DNA of 61,667 nt, filler included, from Sphacelaria rigidula (GCA_964200075.2; 5 parts of 5 records of this genome joined end to end with filler, not necessarily neighbours in it), one strand, 5' to 3'. Positions 1-12,255 are shown, numbered from the whole stretch's first letter. Notes: a model not told the origin generated them from the letters alone. Made by a program: numbers and translations.

Positions 1-1079
1 AGATATGAACGATTAAAGAAACTTGTATCTTAATTGGCTCTGTATCTTAATTGGTACATTTCCCTCTATAAAGATATGACAGGTTAGGGGGAGTAACTGA
101 ATATCTTGGGAGAAATTTACGAGTAGGATCTACGAAGTAGTGACTGACCTGACGTGTGATTATTTGATCGGGTACACATGTACGGGTGTTCCATCCCACT
201 TGGCATTGTGTGGCATACGTGTAGTCTTAGCGAGGTGAATGGAGCTCCTGGCCCGCACACGAGATTACTCCTCTCCACCATCGCAATCAGACTGGCTTCG
301 CTGTATTAACAAACAATCTGACCGATTTGGTGAGCGACACGTGGGGAGAAATATTTATTTTGGCTAGGCTCGCGTCTTATTTATTCTCCCAATTCAGCAG
401 AGAGCGCTCAAATCCAGTCTCTTCCTGGGCGGAAAGGTGCCATCTTTTACATTGGAAAAGCGTCATCTACGACAATGACAGGAGGCAGCTTGTTTGGAGG
501 TCGATGTGGCATGGGGGGATGTTCGGGCACTTTTTCACTACTCTAGGGTGCAGTGCATACAGGGACATCACCAGCCGACCCTCTCGCACCTCCCGATTCC
601 TCATTCGTATTTCCTCCTCCTGGAGTTCAGCACAGTGTTTTGCCAAAAATTCTTTCAATAGTTTCAACAAATCTAAGTCTAACATTCCTCACCTTGAAAT
701 TCTATATGTATCGCGTACTTGAGCACTCTCCATGTGTTCATAATATGTATACTGCTTGATTTTCTAATTCTCATCTTCTCCGAGCTCGGCACAAATCATG
801 ATAGTTCTTTCATAGTCCAATAGATCTCAACATGACAATCCTAGCTACGAAATGCTTGACATTTGTCGCGTACTTTAGTTGTTTCATTTGTGTGCATGTT
901 CTACGATACTAATGATTGATTGGTTGTCGCACATTAACTGGTCATGACATTATCCACAAGAGAGATCCAGCTTTAGCCACAAGATAGATCCACCGAAGAT
1001 AAACAAAGCGGAAACATCGGCTGAACAAAAAAGAGTGGCGGAGGGGGGGCGTACTCATTCGTTGCTCGCCTGACGATAG

Positions 1080-1700
1080 TTGTCTGACCATTGGCTTTGC
1101 ATTCCTTTCTTTGGGGAGGAAGCACCATTCCTAAACCAAAAAATACGAGACACCTCCAACATTTCGCCGCTCATCCATTTCCTCAACACATTACACGCAA
1201 ATATTTTGCAGATCTCATCCCCTCCTCGTTGCACCGTCTGTGGCCGTCGACTATCTCGTTTTTAAGTGACCGTGTTCTCGCTACGATGTGATTCACGTAC
1301 CAAACGACTTCATGCCACCTTCGTTTAGTTCGCACATTTCCCCCTTACACACGTTCCGTTCCTTGTGTAGTTCATGTTTCCCCACTATGTGAGTTCTACT
1401 CTCTACAGCTATGACGCAGGGGCAATCGTGCGGATCTACTTCTTCCTCCACCCGACTACTGGTATACACTTCTTTCTTCTTTCAGCCCGGTGCAAACTCC
1501 CACCCGAAATTGCACTTTCATTTTTTCGCGGGGTCCATTGGGCCGTGCAAATGTGTTTTCATCCCTATCTCCTCTTTCAACCCCCCGTTTATCTTCAGGT
1601 GCTCTCCCTTGTCTACTCTCCGCCTTAGCGCTTACGTTCCCTTTGTTTCTTTCACATCTCTTCCTTTCGTCTTGTACCTTATACATTCAGCTATGCATAT
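1080..1700 (-). mobile_element. Decayed 3' fragment of a non-LTR retrotransposon (LINE)
   Basis: Minus-strand translation across frameshifts gives GIGMKTHLHGPMDPAK...YTSSRVEEEVDPHDCPC..VESRTHIVG, a LINE ORF2 C-terminal Cys/His region. It is visibly homologous to 34590-34710. Boundaries approximate. Confidence 0.6.
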
Positions 1701-2743
1701 GATCTTGGATTGGTTCTACGGTAGGGGTCAGGGGTGCATGAAAAAATATATCTCGCACATCTACGTATCCATTTTTTATTTTTGATCTCTCAGGGAGGGG
1801 GGAGGGGGTAGGGTACTGGACTATCATCCCTCTCCCCTCCACACGCCATACAAGCTCCTGTGAAACCGATCCCATACAAAATCCCATGAAAAATGAGGGA
1901 GCGTCGGAGGTGTGTGATGGGGTTAGGCCGTGTGTATGGCGAGCGCGCCTTACCAGGCAAGGCTAGAGAGTCACGCAAAAGGCTTAATAACCAAGCTGTA
2001 TGGCAGAATGACTCTGCAGCGTATCAGCAACGCTGGCAGTGTCCCTATGTTTTATGTTTCCAAAGGTATCAGAGTTTCACGCGTAGGCATGATAAGATCG
2101 CTTCTTGAGTACTTGATCCTTGATCTCCTCAGTACTCTCGGTACTCAATCTCTCTCGCTCAATCAATCAATCTAACCGTGATGTGAGACTTCATTGCCGG
2201 GGATGAGACGTAGTGAGTTGAGGGAGGCTCGTAGCTCGCTTTACTATCCATGCTATACAAGTTCACACTCGTATCTGACCAACTCTAAACAGACCTGCAG
2301 TCTTAAAAATAGCCTGGGATGAGATACAAAGCCGGGCTCATCGGCGGGTCTGAGGCGGCATGACAACAGGCTCATATGCTCCTCATGGCAGGCGGGTACT
2401 CTCCCCCCCCCCCTCCTGACGTGTATGTGGGGTAGCATACGATCCACGTACTCCCCCCCCAGCTACGCAGGTGCAGAAATGAAATGAGAATAAGTATTAT
2501 AAAAAATAGATGAAATTTAAATAAATGAGGATAGATATGAACATGGAACATATTCACTAGTAATACATAATACAATTAATGAAACATGAATAAACAAATA
2601 GAAAGGGATATATGAAATGAATGGGAGGGAAAAAAGGAAACAAACGAGGGTTACAGGAAACTGGAATGCAATGAGAGAATGAGAAAAAAGATAGGAAGAA
2701 AAGAAAAGAAAAGAAATCGTACACAAATCGAAAAATTAATGAG

Positions 2744-2965
2744 ACTTTCTACGATAGCCCCCCCCCCCCAAAACCAGCCCAAACCTATCACGAAGAAAAC
2801 GGTCATGCAGTGTGAAGCGCCTCATATAGGAGGCATTGGCTATTACGAACCCAAGCATGGGAATCCCCAGCTGCTCGTTGAGCTCGACGTTTTTCATTTC
2901 GATTTACGTGTTGATTTTGCATCTCCAAACCAGCCACTTTTTGGGAGGGAGCTATCGTAGAAAGT
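2744..2965. mobile_element. MITE, about 222 bp
   Basis: Perfect 15-bp inverted termini ACTTTCTACGATAGC / GCTATCGTAGAAAGT. A similar end (CTACGATAGCCCC) occurs at about 38647. Confidence 0.6.
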
Positions 2966-3041
2966 GGCAAATAAGAAATAAGAACATACGAAGAAGAGAA
3001 GAGAAAATGAAACCACATATTGATTTTTAAAATAAATAGTA

Positions 3042-3553
3042 GAGTAATGCTACGGTAGGGGTGCACAAGTATTTTCTGAGGTCAGAATTGTTAGCTCTTC
3101 ATTTAATCCAAAGCAAGACTTAAGGCATAAGTGAGAGTACGCCAGGATTAGAGTGATGCTACAATAGGGGTGCACGAATATTTTCTGAGGTTAGAACTCT
3201 TAGGAGCTCCTCATCTCATCCAAACACGACTTGTGAAAGATATGAAAGTACACCAGGACTACTATTCCAATGTGTTAAGGATATCCTGAGTGAATTTGCA
3301 AACGGGAATGCTCTGACCCATATTCTTGTGCATCTAGAATCGTTAGAAGCCCCTGAGCCAGACACGATTTTGCGCAAAAAGTGCACCCCTACCGTAGCAT
3401 TGCACATTACTTTTCAAATGTGCTAGGGATATCCCGAATGGCTTTGCTAACCGTGATGCCCTGACCTATATTCTCGTGCATCTAGAATCTTCAGGAGCCC
3501 CTGAACCGGACAAGATTTTGCGCAAAAAGTGCACCCCCACCGTAGCATTGTTG
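3042..3553. mobile_element. MITE (GAG-terminal TIR, 4-bp TSD; Sola-like), outer copy
   Basis: TIRs GAGTAATGCTACGGTAGGGGTGCAC / GTGCACCCCCACCGTAGCATTGTTG, with AGTA duplicated at 3038-3041 and 3554-3557. Interrupted by a second copy of the same family. Confidence 0.8.
3151..3405. mobile_element. MITE of the same family, inner nested copy (255 bp)
   Basis: Same TIRs, with ATTA duplicated at 3147-3150 and 3406-3409. Co-linear with the free copy at 57497-57752. Confidence 0.85.
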
Positions 3554-3728
3554 AGTAAAAATGGTAAATACGTAATGAATATGTTGACCAAAAAAATTAA
3601 GGCTTACCGTGGTACATTACTTCGGAAGCGTCTCCAACTAAGACTGTGGAATAAACCCAAGCCAACGCACAGCAGCCTGCAGGTGTTTCCGACGAGTGGG
3701 AATTTAGCACGTGTTTGAGGGGTAACGT

Positions 3729-4921
3729 GCTTTTATTGTACACACGAATCAACAAGCACGGGATTTTACAAATTGGGGATGGATTATTTATTGGGGACGA
3801 GAACCCGGAGAATTAAAATGTTCGTATCCTCACCAAATCTTCTAAACACGGCTCCATTTCTTCACTTGCTGGTATTTATTGACAACTACTACATGCCATA
3901 CAAATTTGGATTTCAGCAATCGAAATTTCGGGGTCCTAAATGAAAAATCATTCTTGGGGTAATCAGGTGATCCAATCGAGCCCCAAAACTTCTTTTTCAC
4001 CTAGGACCCCAACACTTTGGTGACCGAATTCCAAATTTGTATGGCGTGTAGCACTTGTGAGTAGTTACCAGTCAGTAAGGAAATGAAACCAGAAGATTTG
4101 GTGTGGATGCGCAGTTGTTGCTTCTGCGGGATCTCATCCCCAATGAAAAACCAATCCCCAATTTGTAAAATCTCCTGTTAACAGCGGATTCTCAAAAATG
4201 GCGCTGAACAAAAAAATGAGGTTCGTCTCGAAGGCAGCGCTTTTCCTGACCTAAAGTCATGACAAATCACTTTCATATGGACAAGCTCATACCCTCCGAC
4301 CTCCCTCAACCTATTTCAGGGGCTTTCCAGCCTTTTGTTCCCTCGAAGGGTATGTAGCAAGGTTTTCGTGAGATTGAGAGTTGGGTGCGGATTGAGAGTG
4401 GATTTGATCATTCGCTTTAACTTGGCCAATCTTTTCATTCCGTGTGTACTTTCTTCGTCTCATCACTACCATGTCCTTACAGCTACACGTTGATATCCTA
4501 CTCAGGGGTATCGAGGGCCTCAGTGGCAAGCTACTACAGAGAGAATAGTGGACCTGGTGGAGGTGCATTTCGGAACTGAAAATTGACCGCTTTTCACTCT
4601 CAATCATACCTTCAACTCTCAATTTCACGAAAACGTTGTTATGTGCGGAAGCACAATTTTTGGGCCGAAAAACGTTTCTTTTTCCATCCCGGAATCGAGG
4701 CAAAAATGTGCTTTCGCACTTACTCTTTGGGGGAACGGAAGACTCGAGATCCCCCGAAATAGTTTGAGGGGGGTCGGTAGAGATGAGGTCATCCATATGA
4801 AAGCCATTTGCCATAACTTCAGGTCAAGGAAAGCACTGCTTTTGAGTTACACCTCGTTTTTTGTGCAAACCCGTTTTTGAGAATCCGCTGTTAATTGATG
4901 CGAGAAGCACAACAAAAAAGT
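3729..4921. mobile_element. Foldback/palindromic non-autonomous element, interrupted in its right arm
   Basis: About 3730-3960 is an imperfect reverse complement of about 3980-4181 plus 4895-4921 (e.g. GATTTTACAAATTGGGGAT vs ATCCCCAATTTGTAAAATC). Ends approximate. Confidence 0.65.
4182..4890. mobile_element. TTAA-flanked non-autonomous DNA transposon with long imperfect TIRs (709 bp)
   Basis: Termini CAGCGGATTCTCAAAAA / TTTTTGAGAATCCGCTG, with inverted similarity over roughly 170 bp. TTAA lies at 4178-4181 and 4891-4894. Confidence 0.8.
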
Positions 4922-6842
4922 TGAACGCGTAAAAAAACTCTTCTTCGTTTTTTGACCCTCCGGGGGGGAGGGGGAGGGGTTACGTGGGTGTGCGGGGTTT
5001 TTTTCGTGCACCCCTGTAGGGGTGCACAGCTACTCTCTGAGACTCTGCACTTTGGTGGCCTCTCGATGACAAACAGCTGGGCCTTACTAGTGTGCAGCTT
5101 CAGAATCATTTTCGACTGTAACGTACACCTCTACCGTACAATCAGTCCTCGCCTTGGTTTCCTCCTATGAACTTCCATACTTGACTTCTCGACTAATCTA
5201 TTCCCCCTTTTTCCAGCCTGCCCTTTTCTTCCTTTCTTCCATGTGATATGATGTGACTGCAGGACGTAGCCATGATCTCGGGCAAAGGTGACATTGAATG
5301 ATGGAAATTTTCATGCTCAATTAGCGGAGAATTCGCTGCCCCTTGAGGTTGACGTTCTACGGAGAGCATGTATTTAAACTCGAAAAAAGGTAGTGACCCA
5401 ACCACGGCATGAATTGAGGAGCACGGGTTTTGAATTGTATGGTATGAGCTTAGCTATGATGATTTAGGGGGCGGCGAAGCGCGTTCGAAATAGCAGCCCC
5501 TACGACCCCACTCTCGTTTCATTTCGGTTTGGGCTGCGACTCAACAGTTCTCATTGGAGTATCTACAAACCGCGAGAAAGTGAGTCCCAGAGATAAGAGC
5601 AGTAGTCGGGCTGCTGTTTTGTCTGGTGTGTTTTATTGATTTTGGTGTTGGCTTATATCGATTTGTGTGGTATCTCCATGTTCTGTAGATGAATTTGGAT
5701 ACAATCAATTGCGTGATAAAAGTGCTATTCCGGTCTGTATTATTTGCTTGTTGTCTCCTTATGTGAAAGCAACACGAGAGCGACTGTGGTCAGCCTGCGC
5801 TGCTGAGCTGAGTAAACCAACGACGTACACAGAGGTCTGAACCTTGGAATAATCTTGGTGAACACCATTAGAACCTTCCCAAGGTGCTTTCATTTCTATC
5901 ACATCACAGTTGGAGCTTCCGCACTGCCTCTGCTGTACTTTTGTTTTTAGTTGCGTTGTGTTCAGACTACCGAGCTACCGTGTACACTACGCTACCACTG
6001 TGTACCTTGCATGCGCGTCTCTTTTGTTTGTTCATCGTCTAGCCGTCTGTAGTTGTTGCTCTGTCCTCTATCCCTGGCAAGATGAGTTCAAGGGCCTCTG
6101 ATACACTAGACGCTCGCACCCTGCGCCGACTCCGACGCGAACGTACGCGAGCAATAGCACTTGCCCCCCCACCATCCTCACCTGCTCGTCCCAGCTGCCT
6201 ATCTGTCGCAACTGCCCCAGTAATGATACCCATCTACTCTGTAGCGGATGCGAGTCACCAGGTAGAGTCCAATTTATACCGTGACTCTCCTGCCCCATTC
6301 CATTATTTCCCACATGCGCTGCCCGTACATCATCAGATACCAACTCTTTTCTACCACCACCGGCACTGTATCAGCGTGCACCCTTTCGCTACACCCACCC
6401 CGCCGCATATACCGCCGGCCTTTTATTCTTCAGTAGCTAATGTTGACCGTCTCTTGCTGTTTCAAAATATGCTCACCGTGCAGCACATTTTTTTTGTGCC
6501 CAGCCGGGGTGTTGACTGTACATCATCCGCCCTTACCCTGTACTATGTATGTGAACCCAACATCCGTGATAACACTCCCGTACCACCCTCTTCCCAAGGT
6601 CCTGTGTTCATCCAGTACATTTCGTGGACTCCGGTCTGGACAACTCGTCCACACACTCTCTCTCATACCTTTTAGATCGCCCCTCCCTGTCTCTCACGGG
6701 GGCCTGGCCGACCCCCACCACGCCCACAGCCTCCTACAATAAATTATTTGACTCTCCCAATTCCAATGCAACACCCCGGTCATTCATTACCCTCCTTCTT
6801 TATACACTGACTGTGACGCGCACCCGCGCAGGTACACAGGCA

Positions 6843-9800
6843 ATGTCTAATTCCCCGGCTTCGCTAGAGCTCCGTGCCGATGAAGAAGGCACATCCTCTT
6901 CCGAATCCGGTGAACCACTGCTTGCGTCGGACACAATCTTGCATGATCCAGTCATTGAAAGTGTAGAGGATGATGATGATGCCCAATCTCAGTCGGGAGG
7001 AATTTCCCTCTCTACGGTGCCCGACGTACAGCCGGGCCTTGATTTCCCACTGTATTCCGCCACCGCTCAAACTCTTACCAGTGACACTAGACACGTTGAC
7101 TCCACTGCTAGTGGTGACCATTCGGTTCGTGATCATTCCCCTGCTGCGCCCTACGCTTCTGACGTCGTAGCCTCGACGAGTGGTCGTGCGTCGGAAAAAA
7201 ACCCGTCTACGCGCCTACCCAAGAAAGCACGCGACAAAGCTAAGACCCAGTTCAAACATAGCCGTCCCGCTGCTATTCCAGCCCACGCGTGGGACAAATT
7301 CTCCCGCGAGGAACAAGCCGCGTACTGGGACGACTTGTTGGCCCAGACCGTACAAGCGCACGTAGAACGTAAGAACCGTGAAGCTTTCGAGCGCGTTCAA
7401 GAAATCCAGCGCGTCCGTCGTGAGGTCGAAGCCAAACGCAAAGCCTTGGCGGAGGGGCAGAACAAGGAAGCCCGCCCCCTCCGGCAAACCGCCAAGACCT
7501 TGCAGGCGGCTAAAGCCCAATATGAACAAGCCTTACAACAATACAATACGACGGCGGAACAATTCACCTATCGCATTTCCGTCACTCAATCCTCACTCGA
7601 CGAGCAGATGAAACAGTTACGTCTGCTCACCCGCGATCCCATCGACATTGAATCCGATTCTGATCACTCATCCACTGGTTCACCTGCACATCCCAACGCC
7701 ACTCCGAATGTCGCCCCTCTAGCAACGGGACTACCTCCCATGCCACCTGAGACGATCGCACCCGGCGTTTCAACCACGCTTGGTGTGCCCCCTCAAGTTC
7801 CCCGCGGCAAAACGCCCCTTACATTTGCCCCCACAGCGAACCAATCACTCTCCACTACACCCACTCACCCAATCCTGGTGCCTAAGGCTACTCGTTCCGA
7901 CGGGCTTGATCTTTCTGGTGTAGAAACTTTGGCAGCTGTTCCCCTCTACGATTTTGTCCACGACCCTGACGCCCTCCTTACCTACGCGTGTCAGGCACAG
8001 CATCTCACTGTTCCAGTCACTGACAATTCAATCAAGATCATCAATTGGTTTCCGAAACACACCGAGACCGTAACGTTAGCAGGCGTCGTTCAATGCATCC
8101 GTTTCAACCCACGTTCCGAAATTAGTCTTGCGTTACGGCATGAGTGCGTCGGGTCCCTCATCGGGCTATTCACGGAAATTGAGCAGGTACGCATGACAGT
8201 ACACGGCCCTGCTGATGGTACGGACCGTTCATACCCTACTACCACTAGTCACCTTCAGACAGGTCACGTAGGGCACAATTCAATGGACAGTGGCGGCAGT
8301 TGGACTGTTCAAGGGAAAGGGAAAAACCGTCTCAAGCATAGTGGAAAATCTCACATTTCGCAGCAGTCACGATCTCGCCGCCACCGCCGCCCTTCATTCG
8401 ACAGTGAGTCGGGCAGCACTGACGGGTCCCATGATAACACGAGTGCGGCCGCCCCACGTCCGATGCCCCTCACTTTGAGCGATTTCCTTCCGCTATCATC
8501 CACTGTCGCCTAACAGCATCACTTTCAGATCAAAGTCAAACAAGCGAAGAATGCGACCAAATCTGCTAACCGCCGCGTACAGTTTGCGCCTTCGGCTCCC
8601 ACCCCTCAATCCAATGAACCTTCCCCCTCTTCCACGGACCGACAGGCACACATTCAGGCTGCACGCCACCAGTACAAAAATATGGACCCGAAATTTGTAG
8701 GCAAAGTCAAGCCTTCACTGCCCTTTCCTGCCGGATCTGATGTAAGCCTTTCCTGCAGCCAGTTACGACAATCCCTCACTACTGTAGTTACTGATATCCT
8801 CTCACACTGCGACGACACATTCGTCGACCTTGAGACCAGTGATTGGGTGGATGGCTGGCTTCGACCTTTACAAAAGACTTTGGAGGATGCCATCGATTTC
8901 AGCTCTCCCGAGGCATCTAAATTGTCCAATATGCTTGACCACCACTTCGCACAAGCCGCACGCTCCCTCACTCTCGGTAATGGCGGTTACACCGCTTTCA
9001 CCCTCCTCCTCAGACTCATCAGTTCATCCCTGGACACCACCCACGAAGACGAGTCACTCGAACGCCTACTATCGTTTAAGGTACCCGTCGACGTCCCTTT
9101 TGATCACTACCTCAAGGAATTTCGCACTTTATTTTCGGTTACGGTAAACGGTGGCAGCGAACCTGTCCCATCACAAGAAATGGTGATGAATCTTTTCCGT
9201 TTCAATATGGGACGCCAATACCCTAGCCTCATGCCAACCGTCTTTGTCGGTACCGCAACGACTTCACCGGTCCCGTTTCCAACCTTGGACGCCATGTGGA
9301 CGGAATTAGATGAACTCCGGTCCAACCGCACTCCGGCATTAGATGTGACGGATGCAAAACAGAGTGGCTCCTCCGCAACCCACAAAGGCCCTTCTGTACG
9401 GCACAGCCACCATGCTTCCGCCACCCTTTTGCCTCACCCGGTTGCCGCCCCACCTGCGTCTCACTCCCAACCACCACCTTCTAAAACAAACCAACGTCCA
9501 TGGATTCCTGCGTCTATGGCCTCTACTGGGGGGGTCATGTTCGCACACACCCCCGACGCATTCAACAGTCGTTTTCCAAGCTGGCCCTTCGCGACGGAAA
9601 TTTGGCCGGAAGTGTTCCAGGTAAGCACTTCGATGAGCACAACAGACCCCCCCCTCTGGGCCAGTACCGAAGACCCTGACCTTCGATCAGATGTAATTCA
9701 CCGCTGCAACGATCACTGCCTAAACTGTGGCATTTGGTTCAACCCTCAAACGGGGTACTCCGCAGATGGTCAAGTTCCCACGCACTCGATGCGCCACTGC

Positions 9801-10181
9801 GAAGCCCCGTTCCCAAACGCATTTGGCGTACTCAACCCCATGTTCTCCGAGCCCCAGTTTGCGCACTTTTGGCCAACTTGGCAAGCACGTATGCGGTCTT
9901 ACCGTCGCCCTCAAACCAGCGGCGCCCGGAATTCCTACCAACGCCCCCGGCGCGGCAATCGCCCCTATAATGGTGACACTCGTGCCCCCCCTCAATACCA
10001 ACATTCCTACTATCACGCTCAGCCCGCTAACGCGGCCCCCTCTCACGTAGCCCCAGCCCATTCTGGCGCTTTTCAACCGCCACACCAGACTCCTAGCCCC
10101 CCCACAAACACATCTACTACCCCGAACACATCCCGTCAGAATGGGACCCACGACTCTACCGATACCAAACGTACCACCTGA
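6843..10181 (+). CDS. Extended Gag-like protein (about 1110 codons) with one internal TAA at 8511-8513
   Basis: ORFs 6624-8513 and 8682-10181 share a frame and 8514-8681 is open between them. N-terminal coiled-coil (ERVQEIQRVRREVEAKRKALAE...), capsid-like helical region, CLNC...HSMRHC knuckle with an insertion, and a basic/Pro-rich tail. Confidence 0.7.
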
Positions 10182-10233
10182 CGGTGTTCGGGAAACGCGC
10201 AATACCCCGCGTTTCCACATCACCCACGGGGTA
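10179..10233 (+). promoter_or_regulatory. Candidate stop-codon readthrough signal (UGA-CGG, 9-nt spacer, H-type pseudoknot)
   Basis: TGA at 10179-10181. Stem 1 GGAAACGCG (10191-10199) / CGCGTTTCC (10208-10216). Loop TACCC (10203-10207) is complementary to GGGTA (10229-10233). Function is inferred. Confidence 0.55.
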
Positions 10234-12255
10234 CCTTTACGTGTGTGACCGCTTGTAACCCTTCGCCGTCACCCTCTTTACATTTTGATGACACTTCTAC
10301 TTCAAACCCCGTTGTCGACCATAGGTCTACAGTCGGGCCCCAGCAACCTTCAACAAAAAACCGCGGCGATATATTTTCTTTCACTTAGCCAGTACACCCC
10401 CACCACTTGACAAAATCCTCGTCGGCCAGCGTGGGTTCTCGCTTGTGGTGTGGGTACGCTAGCGATGACCGTTCTGTCATGATGGGTTCCATGACAGCAC
10501 AATCCCGGGCAACATTGCATGACTCCCAAATGCGCAATGAACAACCCCAGTGTTTTCATACTGGATCTGATCACCCAGTTGTATTTCCGAGTGGTAGTAA
10601 TCAATGCCAGTTGAATCCGATCGTCCCGCGGAATCGGCAGTCATGTAGCGTAGCGCCTACCGCCTTAGAAGCAGAAACATCTTCTGATACGGTAGCTGCT
10701 ATCCCTACGGCCGTTCATCGTAGGATGGAACGTTTACAGAGACTCCCCAGCCCCGAGAAGGACTCAGGAGTCCAGTCGAACACGGTAACACATGCGTGCG
10801 AAATTCTGCGTGTGTCCGGTCCCCTTTTATTTGGTGAGCGCATCTTTTTGTTCACTACGCGCGCCAGTGCCGAACCCTTGCTTTCCGTAGCTCAGCGGGT
10901 TGGGAAGGAACCCCAAGCGACAGTGCCGACCAAGCGCCACACGTGTAGCCACGAACGGACTGACCTTGGCAACTTCCCAAAAGCCCCTGGAACAGCCGGC
11001 TCTAGAGTGCGCTATACGCGACACCAGGAGAAGGCTCTTCCGGATGAAACTGTAGATAAACCTGTAGTTTCCACTGCATCCGCCCACCAAGAAGGTGCCC
11101 GGGTGCCGGGCACAGCGGATGAGGGCCTTGTCGTAGAACAGGTGAGTGTTTCCCAGATCCCGAACAGATCAGCACCGCTTCCTGCCGACCCCTCGGAATC
11201 TATGTTGAAGAATAAAGTAGCGTTGACAGCTGTTGGGACAGTAAAACCGCTACGCCCTGCATGTATGTCTCATGGTGCCGGACAAACCCCGGCTGTGCCG
11301 TCCAAATTGCAGTCCGATCAGGACTGTTTCTCCCCTGTTTCTCACAGCTCCAAACAATTATCGCGAACATCCACATCCACTTCCCTTCCTAAATGTCGTC
11401 CACCCCTGACTGTGTACGAAATCCATCATTCGTCTACTGCACCACTCGCCATGCAAACCCCCCCGTGCCACGACGGCCCTTCGGAAAACACATTCGCTCC
11501 GGAGGGTCAATCTCGAGTCTATTTTAGTACCATTGCCCAACAACATAAGAGCGATGTGGCTGCAGATCACTTGTCGGGATACGGACCCGACTTGGTGAGT
11601 GAAATTGCACTCATGGATGACGCCTCCTTCACAACCCGAATAGGTATACATAGTGGAGTGCATGCAACACGCCCTTTGATGGCCGTTGCCCTGCCCGACA
11701 CTGGCTCGCCACAAACTTTCATCACAGCCAGCTGCTGGCAACACATGATGAACGCTGGAGCAGCAGATAAACATCGCATTTCTACTGTTCCGCTTCGTGT
11801 TTTTGGCGGGTTTGGTGCCTCCACTCCCCTTACGGTTGATCAGTCAGTACGACTCAGTGTGCAATTCCTCGATGACACGGGTCCCACTGCACGACTAGCT
11901 GTGTGGGCACTCATTGTGCCCAATGGTCCCATGTTGGTTGATGTTCTCTTGGGACGTGATAGCTGGCTACGTTTTTCCACACATACATACACGACAAACT
12001 CACCTGTTTCGAACCGACCACTGACAGGCAGATTGAAATTGGGACATCACGACGCGGATCCAGGGGCTCAGGCCTATGTCGATGACCCAACACAAACAGG
12101 TGATGCTTTTCGACCGTTTTATGTTGGAGACCACGTCGTCTCTCTGTCCCGTGAACCTCAACACATTCATGTGAATCTTGTGAGACGGAACGGATCCCCC
12201 GCCCTCACTGGACAGTACTTGGTCGACTTAACCAACCCTCACCAAACCCCAGACA
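10182..12255 (+). CDS. Pol N-terminus: linker plus retropepsin-like aspartic protease (partial; in-frame TAG at 10386-10388)
   Basis: Motifs AVALPDTGSPQTFI and DVLLGRDSWL in ORF 10407-12255. Same frame as gag and runs off the contig end. Confidence 0.75.

Larger units (their letters stand above)
5762..12255 (+). mobile_element. LTR retrotransposon, 5' half (probably Ty3/Gypsy-like), truncated by the contig end
   Basis: Candidate short LTR 5762-5908 (TGTGA...TCACA) and PBS-like TGGAGCTTCCG at 5911. Then a single reading frame carrying gag (Cys/His knuckle) and an aspartic protease (PDTGS...DVLLGRD). RT and integrase are not in the contig, so the superfamily is inferred. Confidence 0.8.

Noticed and set aside
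327..722. ORF with a DNDRRQL motif resembling dynein AAA6 DDxDRRLL
   Set aside because: No surrounding dynein similarity, and it is on a different contig. Treated as chance.
8511..8519. Programmed readthrough at TAA-CAG-CAT
   Set aside because: The context does not match the CARYYA motif and no clear downstream structure was seen. A CAA-to-TAA mutation is simpler.
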